NCBI RefSeq assembly: GCF_009914755.1
Contig: NC_060927.1
Strand: one strand, 5' to 3'
Source: the human T2T-CHM13v2.0 reference genome, Homo sapiens
DNA: 64,000 nt
The translations under genes and the position numbers were made by a program. Positions 12,670 to 26,020 of this stretch are shown piece by piece. Within the stretch, counting starts at the first letter, position 1, and each line of letters starts with the position of its first letter. Under the pieces are notes generated by a model. The model had not been told where the DNA came from and ran no database searches. It saw only the letters and a program-made list of their open reading frames with translations.

Positions 12670-14588
12670 ATAATGATCAAGCTTTAAATAAAGCTTTAGC
12701 CATATGTCAGGCATAACTCACTAGTTAAAAGGGATAGTTAGATTCAAACTTCGTCACTGTTAAACTAACAATTTTAGTTTAAATTTTTCTGTTCCACGTG
12801 GCTGAAGCCCCTTACTGAATTTTAGAGAAACCAGAGTAGCAAAGTAGTCGGGCGGACCGGCAGGAAGAGAGGAGCTAGTTGAAGAAGGTTAGCTCTAGAA
12901 TCAATTAGAAAGCCAATAAGTCTCTTTTCTACATTAGATTACCTAAGGTTCCTAGATCATAGAGGATCCCCAGTCCCATTATTTTTAATCACTATCAGAA
13001 ACTGGTATCTGGTGGGCTGATTAATGGGCAGCTTCTTTCTCTACCTGCCAGGATGATTAGGGCACTCCCATTTCCAATGGTCCTCTTGTTTATAATATGC
13101 ACATTGTGGCCTCAAGAGTGTACGGCCATTTTGGCCAGCAGTGGGGTCCCTAAGGGTCTTACCCATGGCCATTTGTTTTTCCTAGCATGCTCCATCTTGT
13201 GCCTCGACTGGTTGTGGCCAAGAGCCACAGCAAGCAGCATAGCTTGTTGTCTCATGTCGCATTGCTTTTGCCCTTCCTGGACTTGAATAAGATGATTAAA
13301 TGCCTTAAAAGCAATCTCGACTACTGGAGATATTGATATTCCCAACACCTTTTCTACTTTTTGTAGTTTTCCTCTTATGCCAGGGGCACTGTGACTGATA
13401 AAACTCTCAGGTTACCTGGATGTTCGGGGTTAATGTCAGTGTATTGCCTGAAGGCTTTAAGGACCACAAGAAAGGAAGAAGCATTTTCTTTGGCCACTGT
13501 TGTACCTTTATGGCTTGTGCTGCTGGAGTCCTGCTACAATTAACATTCCCCATTTTGCTTGGAAGTTTATCTCAGATGGCTAGAGCAAGGCCCTGCACTA
13601 GAAAGAGATATATATATTTTGGGTCTGCAATGTGGTACTTATGGAGATTCCTTCCCAGTGAATCACCCAATGGGTTGGGTATCCTCTAGTCTCCTAGGAG
13701 TACCTAAAAGGGCTGGAGGGAGCAATGTAGTCCCTCTATTAAATAATTTTCTAATTAGGCTGTTTCTGTGCCATCAAAATATTAACTGCTGCTTAAGCCA
13801 AATATTACTGCTCATATCAGAATACAAACAGAAACAGAAAAAGCCAATCAAACAAGACAAACCACAGCATTTTGGACTCTGAGTTTGATCCACTCAAAGG
13901 GAGCAAACAGACAAGGCTCAAACTTGTCCCTGCAAGCTTCAGACATCTTTAGTCCATTCTGGATGGGGAAGGTTGACCTCCAGCCAATAATCAAGCAAAT
14001 AATTTACTCAGTCTAGTTGACTGGAACAGACAGCGACCCTGAGTCAGGCCTCCTTGGCTGCCACTGGCAGCTCCTTCAGGGTTTGCTGAGTGGTCTTAAC
14101 AACATAAACAAGTGACTAGACAAACCCTAAACTTGACACATATACATATACACATCCAAGTTCCAAGTTCCCAGTCAAGTTCCTAGTCAAATTTATAATC
14201 GAGTGCCACGTGAACATACCCCCTTATTCTTCTTTCAATCAAAGTTGAAATCCCCTAACAAAGCCCCCTTGTGGAGGTTGACAAGGCTCCCTAGTGGAAG
14301 TTGATAAGAAAGGAGCTGAGAGTTGGTCACTTGTACAGAGATTAATTCACCACAAAATAAAAATAAAAAAGAGGAAAAAAAATGTGTTCCAAAATTCAAA
14401 ACTTCTTTTTGCTGCAAAAATGAAAGTAAAAGCACCAAAAGTCAGCAGGGCCATGCTGGGGAGACAGGAACCAAGAGTAAATCACTGAGTAAAACACCTG
14501 GACAGCTGCTCAGACCCTCAAGTGGATCCCATCCCTGATATGGAGCTGGTGAGCCACAGTCAAAACTGTCCTGAAAGGATTTAGAGAA

Positions 14589-14606
14589 GTCCGATTTGGG
14601 TCACCA
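14589..14606 (-). other. Retroviral primer-binding site, tRNA-Arg-like
   Basis: Minus strand TGGTGACCCAAATCGGAC matches 15/18 of TGGCGACCCAGATGGGAC (complement of a tRNA-Arg 3' end, recalled); 4 nt from the LTR end. Confidence 0.65.
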
Positions 14607-14610
14607 ACTT

Positions 14611-15080
14611 TGTTATTGAACTAAACTGGGTCCATTTGCCCATGCACAATGGAAAGCCAAACACTGAAGCAGCAGGTTTTTGCAGCAAGAAAGGTTTATC
14701 ATGAGTGAACTGGCAAGGAGACAGATGTCAAATCTGTCTCCCCAAGCTGGGGATTGAGGAAGGTTTTATAGTCAGCGCGTAATAAGTCATGATCTGATTG
14801 GATCTTGCCATAGGATGATGCCAGGAGGTATGCTCTGACTGGATCCTTCCCTGGTGTGATACCAGGGCTCTATCTGATCGGATCCTGCAGCCTACCATGC
14901 AATGTATGCTTCTTAATTTTAGTCCCTGTTCCTTGTTCTGGGCACTTAGGTTCTACCTGTGGTTGCATGCTTTGTTTATCTTGGCATGTTCAGGTTACGT
15001 GGCCTTCAATCTGGGAGTCCATGGCAACTGAAGAGCTTTGTTATGTAAAAGTTGAACCAGATTGATATGATATGGTTACA
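14611..15080 (-). mobile_element. ERV1 5' LTR (MER31/MER67-like)
   Basis: Minus strand begins TGTAACC and ends TAACA next to the PBS; TATA-like CTATAAAA near 14764-14771; subfamily from recall. Confidence 0.7.
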
Positions 15081-15577
15081 CAACCTATAAATATATTTCA
15101 AATTACATTGAATTGAAAGTAAACTTTTTATTATAAGCAGTGTTGCTCTTATACAGATGTGAATGTATGTCATATCCCAGAGAAGCAGAGATACTATTCC
15201 CTCAGTACATCTCCTTGTAGGCATAAAATCAGATCTAAAATACAAAGGTTATGGAAGAATAAGATAAATGTTTGTGAGATCAGGTGACAGATTCACTGTC
15301 TTCACATAATCCAATATTATCATCACTCCATGATTATTGAGATATATTTATACTATGCTACTTTTAATTTTTTTCTTGTTCTTTCTAGTGATCTTAATAT
15401 TAAATTTGAGAAGCACAACTTTTTTTAAGTGCTCTTTGTTACTTCTTACTTTGGCTTATAGTTTGGTCTTCTCACATCATTTAAATAATATTTGTATAGG
15501 GATAAAGGAAATGCAATTTTGCTGATTTTATAGTATATACAATATGAAAACTTTTCATTTTTTATTTTTACTTGTAG

Positions 15578-15650
15578 AATTTCAAGAACCCTATGCTGTC
15601 GTGGTACTTCTGGAGAAAGATCTCATTGTAGTTGATCTGACACAAAGCAA
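15578..15650 (+). CDS. STXBP5L: STXBP5L coding exon, 73 nt: (E)FQEPYAVVVLLEKDLIVVDLTQS(N)
   Basis: Acceptor tttttacttgtag|AA, donor GCAA|gtaagt; phase matches the preceding exon; Lgl/tomosyn (LLGL)-type motif. Confidence 0.95.
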
Positions 15651-16299
15651 GTAAGTTATCCATGTACAGATTAACACTTTTAAACTCTATTTATTTTAGA
15701 TTATTGGCATTTGTATTCTTTTGATAGGAAGTATTCTTTGTGTGAATATTGGTTTGCTAGAATTACAGAAATGCACTTTGGTTCAATGGTGAAAATTAAA
15801 CCAGAGGAATTTGGGAAACACTGAGAAAATTGTGAGACAACTTAAAGGCAGCACCTGATGTTTGGACAGAAGCATTGGAGACTCAGGACACATAAAATTG
15901 ATCACATTTTTGTTGTTTCCTTAAAGAAAATCAATCATTATGAAAACTTGTACAATGTGATAGCTGAGTAATGGAAAATGACACATGATAGAAGTATTAT
16001 TGCACTACTGCTGCAGACAACACAGAAGACCAGAATCTCAGGGGCAGAGAAGACAGGGGCCTTCTTTTACTTTTATTCCTTTTTCATTATGTCACAGGCA
16101 ATTGAAACAACTGTAGAATAATGCTATAATAGTGGTGCTCTCCACTCCTTTACATTGTCAGTAAAAATCTAACTGTACATTTTTATTATAATGGTAATAG
16201 CATGAAACTAATTTCCATCATTGTATGTTCTTCGCCCACTGATCTTTTAGCCTCATATATTTGTAACACAATTTTGTAAGTTGTCTCTCCTTGGCCTGG

Positions 16300-16582
16300 A
16301 ATGACTTTCTCTTCATTTTTTCTTCTTATTAATATCTGTAAGATTCTCAAGTCAGATATCACTTCCTTATTTAAAAAAATTCATTATCTATATAATTTGG
16401 CCACATATTCTAGTATGGGCTCTCATACCCCCCACATTTCTCTCTTCATAGCTTTTGACACAGATACAATTTTCTATTTGCTGTTGCTTAAAGATTGTCT
16501 CCCCACTAGGCTGTAGGCTCCATGAAGGAGGGGCTCTGTCTCCACATGGAGTCAGCTCTCAATAAATTTTTGTTGAATAAAT
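16300..16582 (+). mobile_element. L2 3' end
   Basis: tgtctccccactaggctgtaggctccatgaagg...ctcaataaatttttgttgaataaat is the characteristic L2 terminus. Confidence 0.75.
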
Positions 16583-17777
16583 CAGTCCAAATTCTACTCT
16601 TCAAGTTGTTTGTAAATGTAAGATCCAGGGTTCTTCCTCATACTAATTTGCAGATATTGTTCTCGGTGTTTGGAAAGGGATGTAGGATTTGGGCCATTAA
16701 ATCATCATAACTGGGAATTCTGCTTAGCTGCCCTATTTATCAACATTAACACTTTTTGGGTAGATGTAAGGATTTATGCTTGTTCTTCTAAGAAGTTCTA
16801 ATATGAGTCTTATTAAAACATACTCTTCTAATCTCATTGGTACTCAACTCGTCTTTCTACGTCATATTTGTTGGTTACTCGTACTTTGTCTAAGTATCTA
16901 ACATCTTTGCAGGCCCATTATACTTTACCTTTCATGCCCACTTTCTTCAGTATATATATATATATTTTTTTATTTAAATTTTGTTTTATTGTGATAGACT
17001 ATGTATAACATAAAAGTTACCATTTTATGTATACATACATTCTTGTGCTTTTCATTACCCTATATAAGTATGTGAATTAACATTTTGTTTGCAAGTTTTC
17101 ATCTAACATTTACCTTCTTTAGCATGTATTAAAATCTATGTGGCATTCCCATTTCATTGGTTATTACATGAAATTTAACATGTCAAAAACTGAGTATGTT
17201 CTCTTTCCTTCCAAATGGTTACCTCTCAGCTATACTGAATGTTAAACAAGTTGTAACTTTGGAATCTCTTTCAATTTTTTTCTTTTTATCTTTTTCTTTC
17301 CATTTAATCCCCAACCCGAAGGCAAGCATTAGGGTTTACAAATTATTTCTATTCTTGATTTCTTTATGTCTAAATTCCTCTAGTAAGTTTTTAGTTATTA
17401 TTTCTCTTTTTAATATCTTTTTGCCTACTCTTTGCCAATGTACTAAAACAATTTTTCTCAAAAATTTTCTCAATATTTCACTTTGTCAGGAGCCTATTAT
17501 CGTTACCTCTTGCTATTATCAAATTCTAAATTGTAGGCCTGGTCTTCAAGGGGTCCATTTATCTTCTAACTCTGTAATCTTAGAAATATTAATAATTTCT
17601 ACTCTGAAACAGAGAATCTCTGATATATCTAGTTTAACCTCTGGTACCTCTAGTTTAACCTACTTGTCCCTTAACTAGACATGAGTTTTTCCTTTACCTG
17701 ATTTTGCATATATAACTATTCTTATTTGGGATACTATCTGCAACATTTCAGATTGGTGGAAAGAGAACTCCTGCCAG

Positions 17778-17778
17778 A

Positions 17779-17810
<32 letters not shown>

Positions 17811-17826
17811 ACACACACACACACAC
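17778..17826. repeat. (AC)n microsatellite
   Basis: About 24 AC units with one AT interruption. Confidence 0.95.
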
Positions 17827-18268
17827 TATATTCTCTGGAGATTGGACTAAACTCCTAATTTTTAATTAAGTTCCTAATAATATGGCAAAAAACTGTTTTG
17901 TAACAAGCACCTCCTACCCTAAAAAAACACAGTGTGTCAGAAGTTATAGGATGACACAGACCTGGAACAGATATAGCATAGAATAATACTAATTTCCTCC
18001 TAGTACAGTGCCTTGTACATATGATGTTCTAAATAGCTACAGGAATTTTAAATTTGATTCTGAACTCATTTCCTTTTTAAGGTTATAGTAGGCTTGAGGA
18101 TATGAAAGTTATTACATCCATAAGTCTTTATTCCAACTATGTTCTCTAGTTTACATAGGAAATGATCTTTTAGATATACACAGTCACATACACACAAACC
18201 TACATATGACACACATCTTTTCATTATTCCTGCAAAAAAATTTAAAAGTTTCCTATATATTACCTCTT

Positions 18269-20497
18269 TGTCTTAGTCCCTTTTATATTGTTATAAAGGA
18301 ATACTCAAGGCTAGATAATTTATAAAGAAAAATTATTTGTTTGGCTCACAATTCTGATGTCTGGAAAGTCCAAGGTTGAGTGTCTGCCTCTGTTGAGGGT
18401 CTCAGGCTGTTTCTACTCATCTCAGAACGTGAAGGGAAGTCAGAGTGTGCAGAAATCACATGGTGAGAAAGAAGGCAAGAGAGAGAGGGGACAGGTTTCA
18501 GGCTTTTTTAAACAACCAGCTCTCATGGGAACGAAGAGTGGGAACTCGTCCTTAAGGGAAGACATTAATCTATTCATGAGGAATCTGCCCCTGTGAAGGG
18601 GAAAGACATCCCGATCATAGCATTCTTCACCTGAATCCCCAAAACTCATGTCCTCACATAAAAGATACAATCATTCTTTTCCAATAGTCTCAAAAGTCTT
18701 AATTCATTTTAACATCCATTCAAAAGTTCAAAGTCCGAAGTCTCATCTGAGACACAAAGTAAGTTACTTTCAGCTGTAAGCTTATAAAATATGAAACAAG
18801 TTCTTTACTTCCAAGGTAAAAATGGTTGTATAGGTATTGGGTAAACATTTCCATTCCAGTAGGAAGGCGTAACAAGTCTCATGTAGCTTTAAAACACAGC
18901 AGAGTAGACATTAAATCTTAAAGCTCCAAAATAATTTTCTTTGACTCCATGTCCTGCATCCTGGGAACATTGGTGCAAGGGGTGGGCTCCCAAGGCCTTG
19001 GCAGTCCTGTCCCCATGTTTTTGCTGTGCACAGCCCATGTGGCTTTCATATGTTGGAGTTGAATGCCTGAGGCTTTTCCAGACTGAGGTTGCACACTGCT
19101 GGCGGCTCTGCCTATGTGGCAGGTTTCAGCATGGGCACCCAGGCTTTTTGATATATCCTCTGATATCTAGGGGGCAGCTGCCAAGCCTCCATGTCTCTTG
19201 TGTTCTGGGTGCCTGCAGACTTAACACCATGTGGATGCCACCAAAGCTATGGCTTGTGCCCTCTGGAGCAGCAACCCCAGCAGTAGCTGGGTCCATTTGA
19301 GCCATAGTGGGAGCTGGAGTTGTAGGGATGTGAGGAACAGTGACCCAAAGGGGCACAGGGCAGTGGTGCCCTAGGCCTGTCCCCCAAAACCATTCTGTTC
19401 TCCTAGGCTCCTGTGATTGTGATGGGATGGGTGGCCTCAAAGATTTCTGAAATGCCTTTTGTCCATTGTCTTGACTATTAATACCTTGCTCTCTTACTGG
19501 TCATGCTAATCTCTTTAGGAAGTAGTTGCTTAGATTCCTCTCCTGAAAACACTCTTTTCTTTACTACCACATGGCCAGGCTGCAAATTTTTCAAATGTTA
19601 ATGCTCGTGTCCCTTTTAATTATAGATTCTTCCTTTAGGTGATTCCATTGTGGACATAATTTAGTGTAAGCTGTTAAAAGTAACAATGCCACTTCTTGAG
19701 CACTTTGCTGCTTAGAATTTTTTTCTTCCAGATACTCTAGGTCATCGCTCTTAAGATTAGCCTTCCATAATGCAGCCAAATTCTCTGCTACAGTGCAACA
19801 ATGCAGCCAGGTTCTTTGCTACAGTGCAACAATGGGGATATTTGCTCCAGTTCCAATAAGTTCCTAATTTCTGTCTGAGACCTCATTAGCATAGCCTTTT
19901 CTGCCCATATTTCTGTCAGTATTTTGGTCACAACTACTTAACCAATCTCTAAGAAGTTCCAAACTTTCCCTCATCTTTTTATCTTCTGAGCTCTCCAAAC
20001 TCTTCCAACCTCTACCCATCACTCATTTCTAAAGTGCTTCCACAATTTCAGTTATCTTTATAGCAACACCGCGCTCCTTAGTACTAATTTTCTGTCTTAG
20101 TCTGTTTTGTGTTACTAAAAGGAATACCTGAAGCTAGTAATTTATTTTTTTTCAAAAAAAATGTTTATTTTGTTTACAAGATTGGGCATCTGTATGTGGT
20201 GAGAACCTGAGCTGTTTTCACTCATGGTGAAAGGTGAAGCGGGGCTGAGCTGGTGTGTGCAGAGATTACATGATGAAAGAAGAAACAAGTGAGAAGGAGA
20301 AGGCTCCAGGCTCTTTTTAACAACCAGCTCTCACAGGAACAAAAAGGGAGAACTCATTCACCTCCAAGACAGGACATTAATCAATTCATGAAGGATCTGC
20401 CCCATAAGCCAAACACCTCTCATTAGGCTCCACCTCCAACACTGGGGACTAAATTTCAAGATGAGGTTTGGAGGGGACAAACATCCAAACCATAGCA
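18269..20497 (-). mobile_element. Full-length MaLR (MST-type) element: LTR 18269-18622, internal region, LTR 20093-20497
   Basis: Two homologous LTRs each reading tgtcttagtc...catagca, flanking MST-int-like sequence; the left LTR is about 50 bp shorter. Confidence 0.85.
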
Positions 20498-20932
20498 CTC
20501 CCATTGAAAGAAAGTCAAAATTTACTTATATTTTAATATTTATAAGGATACTAAATAAATATTTACCAATGTATATAGGTAAAGTGCTTGGTTTATTTTT
20601 AATGAATTAACTAAGTAAACTTGTTATATAATAGTTTCAGATTAATAGAATTCATTGTATCTATATTAGCAAAGCAATGCCACTGTGGAATGTTAGAATT
20701 ATGAGAAGTAAATTTTGAGCTTGAGTAAAATTTTACTAGTATTAATATTACATTTTATAAATTACTATTACAAAAAGAGCATTTTTGTTCATACAATTCT
20801 TGTTTTATGGTACTTAAAAAACAAGCAAAATTTATAGTGATGTTTAGAGACATTTTAGGGCTTACTTTATCAAAATTATTTTCTGTTTTTTTCTTTGTAA
20901 AATAACACTGATATATTGTCTTTATCTATTAG

Positions 20933-21080
20933 TTTTCCAATCTTTGAAAATCCATATCCCATGGACATTCATGAATCACCAGTTACATGCACAGCATACT
21001 TTGCAGATTGTCCTCCGGATTTGATTCTAGTACTGTATTCTATAGGAGTCAAGCATAAAAAACAAGGATACAGTAATAAG
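20933..21080 (+). CDS. STXBP5L: STXBP5L coding exon, 148 nt: FPIFENPYPMDIHESPVTCTAYFADCPPDLILVLYSIGVKHKKQGYSNK
   Basis: Acceptor tctttatctattag|T, donor AAG|gtaaaa; lies within ORF-track entry 20916-21128. Confidence 0.95.
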
Positions 21081-21421
21081 GTAAAAGTAGAAATTATAAA
21101 TAACTTTTTTTGTATTCATATCACATGATCATACTTTTTTCCATTACTTTATTTTCTTACATTCCATATAGGAGGACTTAACTAAATTCTTTTTAAGTTA
21201 TAAGCCAACATCTATTAAATACATAACTTCTTAAATTCAAATTTTCTAAATGCTACATAGCTTTAAGCCTATAGAAATATAATTTCTTATACAGAAGGTA
21301 TATAATTATATACTAAGATATACTTATCTAGTATGTACATTTATATACTAAGTATGTACTTATACTAATATATATTTGAGTCATAAGATGTAACCTTTAT
21401 TTTAGATGAAAAAATATGTTT

Positions 21422-21860
21422 AAATGTCCAACAATGATAGATTGGATTAAGAAAATGTGGCACATATACACCATGGAATACTATGCAGCCAGAAAAAAGA
21501 TGAGTTCATGTCCTTTGTAGGGACATGGATGAAATTGGAAAGCATCATTCTCAGTAAACTATCGCAAGAACAAAAAACCAAACACCTCATATTCTCACTC
21601 ATAGGTGGGAATTGAACAATGAGAACACATGGACACAGGAAGGGGAACATCACACTCTGGGGACTGTTGTGGGGTGGGGGGAGGGGGGAGGGATAGCATT
21701 GGGAGATATACCTAATGCTAGATGACGAGTTAGTGGGTGCAGCGCACCAGCATGGCACATGTATACATATGTAACTAACCTGCGCATTGTGCACATGTAC
21801 CCTAAAACTTAAAGTATAATAATAATAAATAAAATAAAATAAAATAAAGAAAATAAAAAG
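21422..21860 (+). mobile_element. Young 5'-truncated L1 (L1PA2-like) 3' end with poly-A tail
   Basis: Close match to recalled L1HS/L1PA2 3' UTR; gatgacGAGttag and aacttaAagta indicate non-Ta; G-rich tract at 21671-21692. Confidence 0.88.
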
Positions 21861-22401
21861 ACTCAGGTCTTCCTAGTTTATAATTAATTAATGGTTTAGG
21901 AAACATAATTATTAAAAGTTATTTGTTAAATAACATTCTAGAATTTTTTATTATAGTTTACTACAAGATTCAACTATTTACAATTGTAACAGATTATCTA
22001 TTATGATTTCTATTATTCTCCCAGGGCTGTTGGGATGGACAACTTCAAGAGACACTATTTACATAGCTTCTATGTTAAATGGCACCACAGTAGTTTGGTG
22101 GTACACAGACTATATGATGCATGTAGCAACACTGTATTTGTACAATTAAAAATACTTCTTTGATTTGTTTATATAAATGGTAAGATTGATTAAAATCTAT
22201 ATTTTTAAGGGAGATGGAATTGTGCATTTAGAGGTGTTTGTTCAATGAAAGAATTAAAAGACAGCTACACACTTCATTCTTGATGATTTTACACTTATTT
22301 TTCTTTAAGTGAGCTTTTTATCATTATTTTAAGCTATTTTCATTTTAAATTTCTAAGCCATTTAAACATGTATATATATTCTTTCTGGATAATCTGTTTA
22401 G

Positions 22402-22469
22402 GAGTGGCCAATCAGTGGAGGAGCTTGGAACCTTGGAGCACAAACATATCCAGAAATTATTATTACTGG
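22402..22469 (+). CDS. STXBP5L: STXBP5L coding exon, 68 nt: EWPISGGAWNLGAQTYPEIIIT(G)
   Basis: Acceptor ctgtttag|GAG, donor CTGG|gtaagt; WPISGG motif typical of Lgl/tomosyn. Confidence 0.95.
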
Positions 22470-22959
22470 GTAAGTAGATGTGTTTTGTGAGTTATTAGTT
22501 CATCAACAAAAAGATGTTTACTGAGTCTTGATACTTTTCCATAATTGTGTTCTATGCAGAATAATAGTTTAAGTAAAAGTAAAAATATAAGAAATAGCTT
22601 CTACCCAAAGATTCTCATCTTGACAGAGGATATAATCAAACCATTGGAAACATAATAACAGAAAAGAAAGCATAGATTATATCACTAGGAGAAGGTCAAA
22701 GTTGGGAAGTCATGAGATATTAGTCTTCATGGAAATCACAGAATATTAGCTTTACAAAGGCCCTTACAAACACTTATCTATTTCTGCCAAATTCAGGAAT
22801 CACTGCTCTGTATCTGTACGAGATGGTTATTTTAAATATTTCTCAAAACTTACAGCACCAGAAATAACACTCCTTTGTATGACAACCCACTTGATGTTTT
22901 AATATTAGGAACAAAAATAGAGACATAGCTAATGATAAATATGAGATTTAAAAAGTAAT

Positions 22960-23331
22960 TAAGGGATCTGCTAATGGGAAGATAGAGTAAATATATTTTT
23001 TCCTATTCTTCCCACTAAACAACTAAAAACTCTGGATATTACATATAAGACAAACATAAGATGACTGGGAAATGTGAAGACGCATCAGACCAAGTAGGAC
23101 CCCTAAGTCTTAGAGAATGACATGGAAGTCAGTTCCCTAAGTTTTCTTTCTGCCTCATATATCCCAGAATTAGAGCTAAAGAAGCTAGTAACCTAGAACT
23201 GGGAATAAACACAAATTAAAAATCCCAACAAAATCTAGCTCTCTTTAATCATAGAATGAAGAAAGTGGCAGTGTATCAAGACAGAAAACATATGGAAAAT
23301 AATCTCTCTACTTAGGTTTAACAACAACACA

Positions 23332-23371
<40 letters not shown>

Positions 23372-24755
23372 CCTTCCTCCCACACAAACTGTGGCCCCAC
23401 CCCAACTCACTCCAGTAAAAGCCAAGTGGAGAGCTTAGAGTTTCACCCTTATCAGGGTATAATGAGGTACCCCCAACTTCCCCAGAGTGTCAGATAAAGC
23501 AGAGTAGGGAGCTGGGGCTTTGAATCATGGTGGGTGAAACCCCTCCCCTGTGGTGTCAGTGGGGAGCTAGAATTCTCACCACTGCCTAGCAGTAATGAGT
23601 AGCTACCACTCCCTATCCCCTTCCCTGTGTCAACAGAAATAAATGAGGAAGGAAGAGAAGAAAGAGGGTGGGACTGCAAAGTATTAAGGAAATAATGGCT
23701 GAAAACTTATCAAATTTAGCAAAACAACATGAACCTTCAGATTCCAGAAGCTGAGCAAACCCCAATAAATCTATACCAAGATAAATTATTGTCAAACTTC
23801 TGAACAGTAAACACTGAAAGAAAAAAAATCTGGAAAGCCACAGTAGAGAAATGACATCTGACCTATGGGGCCAAACCAATTTGAATGACAGCAGATTTTT
23901 CATCAGAAACCCTGCCTGCCAAAAGGAAAAATGAGTAGTTTTCAAGTACTGAAAGAAAAGAACTATCAATCTTGAATCCTATAACCAATGAAAATATCCT
24001 TCAAGAATTAAGGCAAAATCAAGATCAAAATCTATCATTTCCAGATGCAATAAACTAAAAGAATTTTTCAACACCAAATCTACCATTAAAAAAGTAGCTA
24101 AAGGAAGTTCCCTACACAGAAAGGAAATGAACCTTGGTTCATCAAGAAGGAAGAAATAATGCAATAATAAAAGTATGGATAAATACAATAGGCTTTCCAT
24201 CTCTTGGATTTTTAAATGTATATTTTATGGTTGAAGCAAAGATTATAGTAACAGAGTCTGATGTTACTATAATCACATTGTCTGGTGTGGTTCTAAATGT
24301 GTATAGAGGAGATATTTAACACAATTATAAATAAGAGAGGGTAAAAGGATGTAAATAGAGTTAAGGCTTTTATATATCTTGAACTGGTAATAAGATGACA
24401 CTCATAGAATGTGATAAGTTGTGGTACAATGTAATACCTAAAAAAACTGTAAAAATTATGCAGAGGTACACTTAAAAACACTACTGACACGTCAAAATGG
24501 AAGCACTATAATAATTCAGGTAACAGGAAGGCAGAAAAAAGGAAACAGAAAAAATTATATGGTATACTGAAGCCCTAATATATCAATAATTATATTAAAT
24601 AGAAATGGTCTAAATACTTCCATTCAAATATAGAGATTGACAGAGTGGGTTAAAAACATGACCAACTATATGTTATCTGCAATACACTCACTTCAAATAT
24701 AACAGCATAGACAATTTGAGAGTAAAAAGACAGAAAAAAAAACTAAAAAAAGAAT
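22960..24755 (+). mobile_element. Old L1M 5' region / ORF1 / inter-ORF remnant, with (AC)n at about 23327-23372
   Basis: ORF1-like remnants (gaaataatggctgaaaactt..., ttcatcagaaacc, atgaaaatatccttcaagaat) and the ORF2 start region. Confidence 0.7.
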
Positions 24756-25526
24756 TAATTGAGAGTGATATCAACAAGGTGACAGAATAGGAAGCCCTAG
24801 ACTTTGTTCTCCACAGGCACACTTACTTTACAACAATATGTGGTCCAAAAAGCCATTAGGACAACTTCAGAAACCGTTTAGGAAGTCACAGTACCCCAGA
24901 CAAGCTCAAAGCCAAGAATGGTCACATTGAAATGGGTAAGAAAAGCAGGGCGTTTCAGCCACATCAGTCCTTTTTCCAAGCTGGCAGAGCTCACAATTAG
25001 GAGGAAAAGTGCAACTCATGGCTTCACCTTTACTCATGGCTTCACCTTTTTGAGGGAAAGAAAAGAGCGGAAGATATACACAATGTTCTGGATATATGTT
25101 ATAGCGGCTGCTCAAGGGACTAGTTTCTGTGTCATCTGATAGAGATCTGGCAAACTTTGGATTCCTGGGTGCCACTGAGAGCAAAATATATTTCAGTGGC
25201 TTGTAGCATCAGAGAACCTGCAGTATTTCAGACAGATACTAGAGCAGCAAGATACTACAAGTTCCTGAAAGAAACTGGAAAACTTCACTAGTTAGGAATT
25301 ACATGCACAAGCCCAGAGAAGACAAATTCCCATAAAAGGTTTGAGAGGCTCTTAGAATGTCTACCTGGGCTGATTTATGAAAAATGTTCCCTGTACAAAG
25401 TCAGTCCATAAGGATATGACTAATTTTTCACATTAAAGTCAACAAAAATAAAGCACACAAAGAGACAGGGAAACATGGCCCAATCAAAGAGACAAAAAAA
25501 AAAAAAAGTCCAGTAACTGATTTTAA

Positions 25527-26020
<494 letters not shown>

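Noticed and set aside
17196-17678. 160-aa hydrophobic ORF, and the similar 58495-58953 ORF
   Set aside because: F/L/I-rich translation of T-rich decayed LINE sequence; no splice or domain support.
19769-19833. Small tandem duplications (31 bp here; 18 bp at 25014-25049; 17 bp at 55959-55997)
   Set aside because: Ordinary slippage-type events inside dead repeats.
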